In this document: one piece after another, positions 5,243 to 12,345 of the stretch
How the letters are laid out: each line of letters begins with the position of its first letter
How positions within the stretch are numbered: the stretch's first letter is position 1
UHGV virus genome: UHGV-0116345
Source of the DNA: a virus
Reading direction: 5' to 3' (one strand)
Length of the DNA: 12,449 nt
Position numbers and translations under genes: made by a program
The notes under the pieces: model-generated
What the model was told of the DNA's origin: nothing
What the model saw: only the letters and a program-made list of their open reading frames with translations
Databases searched by the model: none

Positions 5243-7119
5243 CTCCAAGTGAACTTAGCTACCTGCTTTGGGCGCAGGTTGACAGGGTGGCTCCACACCT
5301 GTTGCCAAACGGCAAGAAAGAGGGGCATGAGTGGGTTGCCGGTAACGTCAACGGTGACAAGGGAAACAGCCTTAAGGTCAACCTTAGCGGCAAGAAAAAA
5401 TGGGCTGATTTCGCTGAGGGAGACGGCGGTGACATGCTTGATTTGTGGATGGCATGTCGTGGAATTAACCTGCATCAGGCTATGCAGGAAGCGAAAGCAT
5501 TTCTCGGTATCAAGGATGACGATCACCATTTCGATGCCAGACGTGAGAAGAAATTCTCCAGACCTGATCGCAAGAAAATCGCCCGCTACGTTACCAGAAC
5601 AGAATCCCATCTTGAGTACCTGCAATCGCGTGGCATATCGCCAGAAATCGTAAAGCGCTACGAGGTTGTCAGCGGCAAGGTGTGGAATGGAGAGCGGGAA
5701 CTGGATGCTCTGGTGATTCCGTACAAACGCGATGGTGAGTTGTTGCAGGTCAAGCGAATCAGCACTGAGCGCCCGGACGGGAAGAAAGTCATTATGGCAG
5801 AAGGTGATTGCGAACCTTGCCTGTTCGGATGGCAGGCTCTGGACGCTGGCGTGAGGGCGGTTGTGCTTTGCGAAGGCGAAATTGATTGTATGAGCTATGC
5901 GCAATACGGCATCTCGGCGTTATCCGTGCCGTTTGGTGGCGGGAAAGGCGCTAAGCAACAGTGGATTGAGTTTGAGTATCACAACCTCGACAGGTTTGAG
6001 GAAATATTCATCTCGATGGACGTTGATGATGTTGGTCGTGAAGCCGCAAGGGAAATCGCAAGCCGACTCGGTGAACATCGTTGCCGTCTTGTTACTCTGC
6101 CGTACAAAGACATCAACGAATGCCTGATGAACGGTGTTACCGAGGATGAAATCTGGCAGTACATCGGCACGGCATCCTACTTCGATCCTGAAGAACTCTA
6201 CAGCGCGCGAGAGTTTTACCAGGACACTATCAACGCTTTCTACGGCAAGCAGCAGTATCTGTTTAATCCACCGTGGGAATCTCTGGCAGATAAATTCCAG
6301 TTCCGTGAGGCAGAGTTGACGCTGGTCAATGGGGTGAACGGTCACGGAAAAACGGAGGTTGTCGGGCATATGGCACTTGAGGCAATGCGTCAGGGTGTGA
6401 AGACGTGCATCGCGTCACTTGAGCTGAAGCCTGGTATTCTCCTTAAGCGCCTTACCCGTCAGGCGACGTGCTGCAAGATGCCGCCAGTGCTGGAAATTGA
6501 CTCTGCATTTAAATTTTATGACGAAAGACTTTGGGTGTTTGGCCTGACCGGAACGGCGAAAGCCGACAGGCTGATCGAAATATTCGACTACGCTCGCCGC
6601 CGATACGGGATCCAGTTATTCATCATCGACAGCCTGATGAAATGTGGCATAGGCGACGATGACTATAACGGGCAGAAGGCGTTTGTTGACTCGATTTGCG
6701 ACTTCAAAAACAAAACAAACTCCCACGTCATTCTCGTTACTCACTCGCGAAAAGGAGACAGCGAAGAAAAACCAACCGGGAAAATGGACGTAAAAGGCTC
6801 TGGAGCGATAACAGACCTGACAGACAACCTTTTCATCATCTGGCGTAACAAGGCTCGCGAGAGAGCGTTACAGAGAGTTCAGAGTGGTGAAAAGATGTCA
6901 GAGAAGGACGAACAGCTACTGGCGTCTCCTGCATCTGTTTTGATGCTTGAAAAACAACGTAACGGCGAAGGTTGGGAAGGTGGTGTCCCGTTGTTCCTTG
7001 ACGAGCAATCGCACCAGTTCCTGCAACTTGAATCAGGATCGCCATATAGCTACATCGCCAATATGCCGAAATCGGAATATGACGAGGCGTGGCGACAGGA
7101 AAACGTGACGGAGTATTAA
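5239..7119 (+). CDS. Bifunctional DNA primase / replicative helicase (TOPRIM primase domain + DnaB/RecA-like ATPase with Walker A GVNGHGKT and Walker B FIIDS), 626 aa
   Basis: ATG 5239 with GAGGGA RBS. TOPRIM-like acidic motifs (VVLCEGEIDCMSYAQ ... ISMDVDDVGREAA). Walker A at LVNGVNGHGKTEV and Walker B at LFIIDSLMK in the C-terminal half. Occupies the position of lambda P. Confidence 0.85.
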   Translation: MTPSELSYLLWAQVDRVAPHLLPNGKKEGHEWVAGNVNGDKGNSLKVNLSGKKKWADFAEGDGGDMLDLWMACRGINLHQAMQEAKAFLGIKDDDHHFDARREKKFSRPDRKKIARYVTRTESHLEYLQSRGISPEIVKRYEVVSGKVWNGERELDALVIPYKRDGELLQVKRISTERPDGKKVIMAEGDCEPCLFGWQALDAGVRAVVLCEGEIDCMSYAQYGISALSVPFGGGKGAKQQWIEFEYHNLDRFEEIFISMDVDDVGREAAREIASRLGEHRCRLVTLPYKDINECLMNGVTEDEIWQYIGTASYFDPEELYSAREFYQDTINAFYGKQQYLFNPPWESLADKFQFREAELTLVNGVNGHGKTEVVGHMALEAMRQGVKTCIASLELKPGILLKRLTRQATCCKMPPVLEIDSAFKFYDERLWVFGLTGTAKADRLIEIFDYARRRYGIQLFIIDSLMKCGIGDDDYNGQKAFVDSICDFKNKTNSHVILVTHSRKGDSEEKPTGKMDVKGSGAITDLTDNLFIIWRNKARERALQRVQSGEKMSEKDEQLLASPASVLMLEKQRNGEGWEGGVPLFLDEQSHQFLQLESGSPYSYIANMPKSEYDEAWRQENVTEY

Positions 7120-7148
7120 ATGGCCATCTACATCACTGAGCTAATAAC

Positions 7149-7180
7149 AGGCCTGCTGGTAATCGCAGGCCTTTTTATTT
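7149..7180 (+). terminator. Rho-independent terminator (tR2-like) after the replication genes
   Basis: Stem aggcctgc (7149-7156) / gcaggcct (7165-7172), 8-nt loop, then ttttattt. Lies between the replication module and the nin region, as tR2 does in lambda. Confidence 0.7.
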
Positions 7181-7208
7181 GGGGGAGAGTAATTGGAGGA
7201 TTTAAGAA

Positions 7209-7424
7209 ATGAGTACGATAGCTGAGCTTGTCAGGGCTAATTTTCGTGAAGAGTTGGCGCGTTGGTATCGGTATCGTTCATCGTCCAGTTTGCCGCTTGA
7301 TGAGTTGTATGAGCATTCACCTGCCGCACGACGCTATCCGCGTGACCGTGTTCTTCGGCGGTTGTTCAGACTCAACAATGAGTTTCAGCGCAACAGAATA
7401 ATCCGGAGTCTGGATTTAAAGTGA
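7209..7424 (+). CDS. Hypothetical small basic protein, 71 aa (ren/nin-region position)
   Basis: ORF in track; ATG 7209 with GGAGGA RBS upstream. Arg-rich; no family recognised. Confidence 0.5.
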   Translation: MSTIAELVRANFREELARWYRYRSSSSLPLDELYEHSPAARRYPRDRVLRRLFRLNNEFQRNRIIRSLDLK

Positions 7425-7434
7425 AGGAGTGAGC

Positions 7435-7617
7435 ATGAGCGAGCAAATATTCAGAGAGATTAAGCCACGGTTTTATCGCAAGGTAAGGGTAGTTTATCAG
7501 GACGAAAACAAGACCTGTGCATACGCCATTCATAATGGTCGGTGGTCAGTGTTCGACACCAAAAACTTCGAGAAGAACTTCGAGAGGATTAAGGGTGATG
7601 AGGAAACTAACATTTGA
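7435..7617 (+). CDS. Hypothetical small protein, 60 aa
   Basis: ORF in track (GTG 7429); the preferred start is ATG 7435 with AAGGAG 5 nt upstream. Its 3' end overlaps the ninB start by 20 nt. No family recognised. Confidence 0.45.
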   Translation: MSEQIFREIKPRFYRKVRVVYQDENKTCAYAIHNGRWSVFDTKNFEKNFERIKGDEETNI

Positions 7618-8038
7618 ACTAAGAAGCCCCATCCATCAGCAGAACGCCATTCAAGCTATCCAGCAAATCCTTCCAGACCCAACCAAACCAATCGTAGTAA
7701 GCATTCAGGAACGCAACCGCAGCTTAGACCAAAACAGGAAGCTATGGGCCTGCTTAGGTGACGTCTCTCGTCAGGTTGAATGGCATGGTCGCTGGCTGGA
7801 TGCAGAAAGCTGGAAGTGTGTGTTTACCGCAGCATTAAAGCAGCAGGACGTTGTTCCTAACCTTGCCGGGAATGGCTTTGTGGTAATAGGCCAGTCAACC
7901 AGCAGGATGCGTGTAAGCGAATTTGCGGAGCTATTAGAGCTTATACAGGCATTCGGTACAGAGCGTGGCGTTAAGTGGTCAGACGAAGCGCGACTGGCTC
8001 TCGAATGGAAAGCGCGATGGGGAGATCGGGCTGCATGA
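7598..8038 (+). CDS. ninB: NinB (Orf-family recombination mediator), 146 aa
   Basis: [145 protein letters not shown] closely matches lambda NinB as recalled. The track ORF is extended upstream; ATG 7598 chosen. Confidence 0.85.
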   Translation: MRKLTFELRSPIHQQNAIQAIQQILPDPTKPIVVSIQERNRSLDQNRKLWACLGDVSRQVEWHGRWLDAESWKCVFTAALKQQDVVPNLAGNGFVVIGQSTSRMRVSEFAELLELIQAFGTERGVKWSDEARLALEWKARWGDRAA

Positions 8039-8562
8039 CTATCAAATCAAATACGCCAGCACACGACAAGGACTGCTGGCAAACGCCGCTTTGGCTTTTT
8101 GATGCACTGGATATTGAGTTTGGATTCTGGCTGGATTCGGCAGCGAGCGACAAAAATGCTCTGTGCGCTCACTGGCTAACTGAGGACGACGACGCGCTCA
8201 ATTCTGAGTGGGTAAGCCACGGTGCAATCTGGAATAACCCACCGTACAGCAATATCAGGCCGTGGGTGGAAAAAGCCGCTGAGCAGTGTATACAACAGCG
8301 ACAGACGGTAGTGATGCTTGTGCCAGAGGATATGTCTGTCGGATGGTTCAGCAAGGCTCTGGAGAGTGTTGACGAAGTTCGTATTATCACTGATGGACGG
8401 ATTAATTTTATCGAACCATCGACAGGGCTGGAGAAGAAGGGAAACAGCAAAGGCTCCATGCTGCTGATTTGGCGACCGTTCATCAGTCCTCGACGGATGT
8501 TTACTACCGTATCCAAAGCGGCATTGATGGCGATCGGGCAGGGCGTCAGGAGGGCTGCATGA
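8035..8562 (+). CDS. Phage DNA N6-adenine methyltransferase (Dam-like, NPPY motif), 175 aa
   Basis: Start ATG 8035 overlaps the ninB stop (ATGA). Motif [14 protein letters not shown] is the catalytic (D/N)PPY motif of N6-adenine MTases. No adjacent restriction endonuclease gene, so this is an orphan MTase. Confidence 0.8.
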   Translation: MTIKSNTPAHDKDCWQTPLWLFDALDIEFGFWLDSAASDKNALCAHWLTEDDDALNSEWVSHGAIWNNPPYSNIRPWVEKAAEQCIQQRQTVVMLVPEDMSVGWFSKALESVDEVRIITDGRINFIEPSTGLEKKGNSKGSMLLIWRPFISPRRMFTTVSKAALMAIGQGVRRAA

Positions 8563-8741
8563 GACGACAGCGACGAAGTTTCACCGACATAATCTGCGAA
8601 AACTGCAAATACCTTCCAACGAAACGCTCCAGAAATAAACCCAAGCCAATCCCAAAAGAATCTGACGTAAAAACCTTCAACTACACGGCTCACCTGTGGG
8701 ATATCCGGTGGCTAAGACATCGTGCGAGGAAAACAAGGTGA
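8559..8741 (+). CDS. ninE: NinE, 60 aa
   Basis: [60 protein letters not shown] matches lambda NinE as recalled. ATG 8559 overlaps the MTase stop. Confidence 0.8.
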   Translation: MRRQRRSFTDIICENCKYLPTKRSRNKPKPIPKESDVKTFNYTAHLWDIRWLRHRARKTR

Positions 8742-8908
8742 TTGACCAAAATCGAAGTTACGAACAAGAAAGCGTCGAGCGGGCTTTAACGTGCGCTAAT
8801 TGCGGTCAGAAGCTGCATGTGCTGGAAGTTCACGTGTGTGAGCACTGCTGTGCAGAACTGATGAGCGATCCGAATAGCTCAATGTACGAGGAAGAAGACG
8901 ATGAATGA
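8738..8908 (+). CDS. ninF: NinF (Cys-rich small protein), 56 aa from GTG 8738
   Basis: [53 protein letters not shown] matches lambda NinF as recalled. GTG 8738 overlaps the ninE stop (GTGA) and has GAGGAA upstream. The alternative ATG at 8696 would overlap ninE by 46 nt. Confidence 0.7.
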   Translation: MIDQNRSYEQESVERALTCANCGQKLHVLEVHVCEHCCAELMSDPNSSMYEEEDDE

Positions 8909-9623
8909 GTTAATAAATGGCAATGCCATCAAAATGACAAGCATTGAAATCGCTGAGTTGGTGGGAAGTCGTCCAGATAACGTAAAAATATCAATAGAGC
9001 GCCTGGCTAAATCTGGAGTTATTCAACTTCCTGCATTGCAGGTTTTCGAAAGAATCAATAACTTAGGACTGCGCCGTAGTGTCGAGGCTTACGTCTTCGA
9101 AGGCGAACAAGGTAAGCGCGACAGCATTATTGTCGTCGCTCAGTTGTCGCCGGAATTCACCGCTCGTCTTGTTGACCGTTGGCGAGAGCTTGAAGACGCT
9201 GCGGTTAATATCCCCAAAACGCTACCAGAAGCGTTGCGCCTTGCTGCTGATCTTGCTGAGCAGAAAATGCAACTGGAAAACCAGCTCGCAATTGCCGCAC
9301 CTAAAGTTGAGTTTGCCGATCGCGTTGGCGAGGCCAGCGGAATTTTGATTGGAAACTTTGCAAAGGTTGTTGGAATTGGTCCAAACAAACTGTTTGCGTG
9401 GATGCGCGATCACAAAATCCTTATTGCTTCAGGTTCCCGGCGCAATGTGCCAATGCAGGAATATATGGATCGCGGCTATTTCACAGTGAAAGAAACAGCG
9501 GTCAACACAAATCACGGAATACAGATATCGTTCACCACAAAAATCACCGGGCGTGGTCAACAGTGGCTGACCAGAAAGCTGCTCGATAACGGAATGCTGA
9601 AAGTAACAGGGGAGGCTGCTTAA
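8901..9623 (+). CDS. Rha/Roi-like phage regulatory protein with C-terminal KilA-C-type domain (antirepressor-like), 240 aa
   Basis: ATG 8901 with GAGGAAG RBS, overlapping the ninF stop. The C-terminal half (FADRVGEASGILIGNFAKVVGIGPNKLFAWMRDHKILI...) looks like a KilA-C/antirepressor C-terminal domain. Domain assignment is from memory of family signatures, not a search. Confidence 0.55.
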   Translation: MNELINGNAIKMTSIEIAELVGSRPDNVKISIERLAKSGVIQLPALQVFERINNLGLRRSVEAYVFEGEQGKRDSIIVVAQLSPEFTARLVDRWRELEDAAVNIPKTLPEALRLAADLAEQKMQLENQLAIAAPKVEFADRVGEASGILIGNFAKVVGIGPNKLFAWMRDHKILIASGSRRNVPMQEYMDRGYFTVKETAVNTNHGIQISFTTKITGRGQQWLTRKLLDNGMLKVTGEAA

Positions 9624-9913
9624 TGGCTAACCTACGCAAAGAAGCGCGCGGCAGAGAATGTCAGGTACGTATTTACGGCGTATGCAATGGCAATCCTGAA
9701 ACTACAGTTCTGGCACATTACCGGATGGCTGGAATTTGCGGAACGGGAATGAAACCTGACGACCTGATCGGCGCATGGGCTTGTAGTGACTGCCACGCGG
9801 AGATCGACCGACGCACAAGGATTCTCGACAACAAAGACGCCAGACTTTACCACCTCGAAGGCGTGATCAGGACGCAGGCGATACTGCTGAAGGAGGGGAA
9901 GATTAAGTCATGA
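9623..9913 (+). CDS. YbcO-like (DUF1364-type) Cys/His-rich putative zinc-binding protein, 96 aa
   Basis: ATG 9623 with GGGGAGG upstream, overlapping the previous stop by 1 nt. Cys/His pattern C13, C21, C39, C54, C57, H58. Size and position immediately upstream of rusA resemble ybcO of E. coli DLP12 (recollection). Confidence 0.6.
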   Translation: MANLRKEARGRECQVRIYGVCNGNPETTVLAHYRMAGICGTGMKPDDLIGAWACSDCHAEIDRRTRILDNKDARLYHLEGVIRTQAILLKEGKIKS

Positions 9914-10272
9914 ACGAATATCAGTTTGTGCTTCCATACCCGCCGTCGGTGAACACCTACTGGCGAAGACGGGGAAGCCAATACTACATCAGCGATAAAG
10001 GCCAGAAATACCGAAAAGACGTTCAGCAAATAATCCGCCAACTCAAGTTAGACATTTTCACCAAATCAAGACTCCGCATCAAAGTCATCGCAGACGTTCC
10101 AGACTCCCGCCGCCGCGACCTCGACAACATCCTGAAAGGTTTCCTCGACTCCCTTATCCACGCCGGATTTGCGGAAGACGACGAGCAATTCGATGACATT
10201 CGCGTAATTCGTGGTGTGAAAGTACCAGGCGGACGGCTTGGAATAAAAATCACCGAACTGGAGAACGTATGA
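9910..10272 (+). CDS. rusA: RusA Holliday-junction resolvase, 120 aa
   Basis: MNEYQFVLPYPPSVNTYWRRRG...DSRRRDLDNILKGFLDSLIHAGFAEDDEQFDDIRVIRG...GGRLGIKITELENV has the RusA signature (catalytic Asp cluster RRRDLDN, C-terminal GGRL). AGGAGG RBS upstream. Confidence 0.9.
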   Translation: MNEYQFVLPYPPSVNTYWRRRGSQYYISDKGQKYRKDVQQIIRQLKLDIFTKSRLRIKVIADVPDSRRRDLDNILKGFLDSLIHAGFAEDDEQFDDIRVIRGVKVPGGRLGIKITELENV

Positions 10273-10412
10273 ACAAAGCATTCGAACGATATATGCGCCA
10301 GCGTTATGGCAATCGCTATGACCTGACGCGAGATGTTGAAGGTTTCTACTGTAGTGAAATTGTGAAACGAATGTTTGAAGTTTGGTGTCATTGCAAAGGA
10401 TGGGAGGTCTGA
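10269..10412 (+). CDS. ylcG-like micro-ORF, 47 aa (MNKAFERYMRQRYGNRYDLTRDVEGFYCSEIVKRMFEVWCHCKGWEV)
   Basis: ATG 10269 overlaps the rusA stop (ATGA) and its stop TGA 10410-10412 overlaps the ATG of the Q-like gene (TGATG). This is tight translational coupling in the same arrangement as rusA-ylcG-quuD in DLP12 (recollection). Below the ORF-track length cut-off. Confidence 0.5.
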   Translation: MNKAFERYMRQRYGNRYDLTRDVEGFYCSEIVKRMFEVWCHCKGWEV

Positions 10413-11026
10413 TGCGGCTAACTCCAGTATTCAGCATGGTTAACTTCATTAATGACGCGCACTTTCGCCGCGTATGGAGACACCCGAAGAAAACCATCAA
10501 CTCTAGCCAGAAAGCATGGGTTCATTACATGTTACAGGTATGGGGCAAGGTTAATACCGGAGATTGCTCTCCAGGTGGTGCAATTAACGTTATCGGTCGT
10601 CTGATGATTCGCAGTCAGTGGAGCGATGACAAGGCTAAGCAGATAGAGTCTGTCGTCATGCGCCTGTACGAAGAAGATGGGCTGCGCGGAGATGAGCTAT
10701 ACAAGAAAGCTCGCGAACTGGTCATTCCTCAATCATCGTTTAGCCACATCATCACTCTCGCCAAAGAATCAGATGATGCGGCTTTCGTTGAACGTGTGAT
10801 GGTTAAAACGTTTCACCGTGAAAGCCCTGTCCGCGATGTAGCTATTAAGCGATATTGCAATCGCAATTGCACGCAAGATATAGCCAGGATTATTTCTTAT
10901 ATAACAGGTGCTGATATTCAGTATTGTCGTAAGCGAGTGGTGTGGTGTGAGAAAGTGCTGGAGTCAGAAATGTTTTATGCAATGAAACGAGAATTGGAGA
11001 AAGAATTTCCATTAATAGCGGCCTGA
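10412..11026 (+). CDS. Putative late-gene antiterminator (Q-like), 204 aa
   Basis: Position between rusA/ylcG and the lysis cassette, followed by a promoter-like region and intrinsic terminator (PR'/tR' architecture). Cys-containing C-terminal region (CNRNC...C...C). Start ATG 10412 with GGGAGG upstream (track ORF begins at TTG 10382). Not similar to lambda Q as recalled, so the family is unassigned. Confidence 0.5.
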   Translation: MRLTPVFSMVNFINDAHFRRVWRHPKKTINSSQKAWVHYMLQVWGKVNTGDCSPGGAINVIGRLMIRSQWSDDKAKQIESVVMRLYEEDGLRGDELYKKARELVIPQSSFSHIITLAKESDDAAFVERVMVKTFHRESPVRDVAIKRYCNRNCTQDIARIISYITGADIQYCRKRVVWCEKVLESEMFYAMKRELEKEFPLIAA

Positions 11027-11100
11027 ACTGAAATAATTTTGTAAATGCGTTGCTTCCGAGAAATGAAAGTGGTATTTTTTGTATATGCTCGGAGCAAAAG
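11027..11100 (+). promoter_or_regulatory. Candidate late promoter PR' / Q-utilisation region
   Basis: Candidate -35 TTGCTT / 17-nt spacer / -10 TATTTT around 11051-11084, immediately downstream of the Q-like gene and about 100-130 nt upstream of the terminator at 11185-11212. Hexamer assignment is tentative. Confidence 0.3.
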
Positions 11101-11184
11101 CGAACTGAGCAGTGAAATTGAAATCCTGATTTCCCCGGTCGTCGATAATATTTAGGGTCGACATACTGGCTAGATTAGGTAAGA

Positions 11185-11212
11185 GCCTCGGCAGAAACGT
11201 CGGGGCTTTTTT
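11185..11212 (+). terminator. Rho-independent terminator (tR'-like) ending a short PR'-proximal transcript (6S-RNA-like)
   Basis: Stem GCCUCGGC (11185-11192) / GUCGGGGC (11199-11206), 8 bp including two G-U pairs, 6-nt loop, followed by TTTTTT (11207-11212). Confidence 0.65.
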
Positions 11213-11542
11213 GTTTGCATAACAGGTAAGAGCATTGAACCCGCAGACCTCGCGGAATTGGTGAAAGGTGCCGCGCAGTGCTCTTATCGTTGTGGTGAAT
11301 GCGCAGGCTGATGCGCGAAAGACATTGCAGCTATTGCGGAAAAGAGCTGTTCGGCGGGGCAATTAAACGCCCGTGAGAGTCTGAAATAACCGCAAGCCGG
11401 AGATCAGCACCGGTCGCCACAATCCAAACTGAGCCGTAGCCACTGGCTGTCCTGAATTCATCAGTGATAGTTACGCTGCGGCCTTCTTTTTTCCCTTCCC
11501 AATATAAGAACTACGCAATCCGTTACTGGCGGAGGCGTTGCT

Positions 11543-11758
11543 ATGAAATCAATGGACAAAATCTCAACTGGCATTGCCTACGGCACCTCCGCAGGCAGTG
11601 CTGGCTACTGGTTTTTACAATGGCTTGATCAGGTTAGTCCGTCTCAGTGGGCTGCGATTGGTGTACTGGGAAGTCTGGTTCTGGGCTTTCTGACTTATCT
11701 GACGAATCTGTACTTCAAAATCAGAGAAGACAGAAGAAAGGCTGCGAGAGGAGAGTAA
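11543..11758 (+). CDS. S: Phage-21-type pinholin S with dual-start motif (Met1 antiholin / Met4 holin), 71 aa
   Basis: [71 protein letters not shown] matches the phage 21 S / DLP12 EssD class as recalled. Two TM segments and a charged C-terminus; M1-K-S-M4 dual start. Confidence 0.85.
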   Translation: MKSMDKISTGIAYGTSAGSAGYWFLQWLDQVSPSQWAAIGVLGSLVLGFLTYLTNLYFKIREDRRKAARGE

Positions 11759-11762
11759 TATA

Positions 11763-12107
11763 ATGGTCCAAAACTATGAAATGATTGTGAAAGGGATCCG
11801 CAATTTTGAGAATAAAGTTACGGTAACTTTAGCATTACAGGACAAAGAACGCTTTGACGGTGAAATTTTTGACCTGGACATCTCGCTGGACCGTGTTGAA
11901 GGTGCCGCGCTGGAGTTTTATGAGGCAGCAGCCAGAAGGAGCATCAGACAGGTCTTCCTGGATGTTGCTGCCGGGTTATGTGGAGGGGATGAGCAGTCGC
12001 CGGAAAAGCGCCCCATAATTTTAGAGGCGCAGAGTGTGTGGATAACCTACAAAGGAAAACTGCCGGGAAGAATTACTGGTTCACTGAAGACTCCGCCGAA
12101 ATGGTAA
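11763..12107 (+). CDS. Hypothetical protein, 114 aa, directly downstream of the pinholin (position occupied by ydfR-type small genes or the endolysin in related prophages)
   Basis: ATG 11763 is 4 nt after the S stop, with GGAGAG upstream. Not an endolysin: no SAR/signal segment and no lysozyme motifs. Family not recognised. Confidence 0.5.
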   Translation: MVQNYEMIVKGIRNFENKVTVTLALQDKERFDGEIFDLDISLDRVEGAALEFYEAAARRSIRQVFLDVAAGLCGGDEQSPEKRPIILEAQSVWITYKGKLPGRITGSLKTPPKW

Positions 12108-12345
12108 TTTCACCAGCATATTTTTCCTCCAGTAATACCGCCAGCCACTTGAAAGAATTTTGTTGTTGCTGGGACCATTTGGGATTGATTGATTCAAGCT
12201 GGAGCGATGCCAGTGTTGGTTGCATTTGTTCCTTGGGAATTGAGAATGCCAGATATGAAAATGCGACAGTAAGGGCATTTACATCATCCCGAAGCCTGGA
12301 AATGCAGTCGAGCAACTCCTGTAGAGAAATGGTGCTATTGTCCAT
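12073..12345 (-). CDS. Hypothetical protein, 90 aa, antisense to the late operon (moron-like); convergent with the 114-aa gene and overlapping it by 35 bp
   Basis: Minus-strand ORF in track (TTG 12351); preferred start ATG 12343-12345 with AGAGAGGA 6 nt upstream. Candidate own promoter upstream (-10 TACAAT at 12360-12365, -35 TTGAAT at 12385-12390, 19-nt spacer). Q/E/L-rich, no TM segment. Confidence 0.45.
   Translation of the reverse strand: MDNSTISLQELLDCISRLRDDVNALTVAFSYLAFSIPKEQMQPTLASLQLESINPKWSQQQQNSFKWLAVLLEEKYAGEITISAESSVNQ

Noticed and set aside
5170-6369. ORFs 5170..5904 (-), 5249..5653 (+), 5897..6127 (+), 5920..6369 (-), 5979..6170 (-), 6134..6319 (+), 6836..7045 (-)
   Set aside because: All lie within or antisense to the primase-helicase gene, whose frame contains coherent TOPRIM and Walker motifs; treated as spurious.
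7971-8693. Minus-strand ORFs 7971..8153 and 8169..8693
   Set aside because: Antisense to ninB and the methyltransferase, which have recognisable motifs in the plus frame.
9079-10500. ORFs 9079..9348 (+), 9140..9388 (-), 9222..9413 (-), 9398..9589 (+), 9632..9853 (-), 9847..10041 (-), 10023..10391 (-), 10066..10500 (-)
   Set aside because: Overlapping or antisense frames within the Rha-like, YbcO-like, rusA and Q-like genes; none has an RBS or recognisable content.
11012-11362. Minus-strand ORF (116 aa) across the PR'/tR' region
   Set aside because: It would run antisense through the promoter-like region and the intrinsic terminator and has no RBS; the region is better explained as the non-coding late leader.
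11213-11542. Possible tRNA gene(s) between the Q-like gene and S, as in some Stx-type lambdoid phages
   Set aside because: I looked for T-arm (GGTTCGAATCC-like) and D-arm signatures and cloverleaf-compatible ~76-nt units and found none; only a ~58-nt inverted repeat that is too short for a tRNA.
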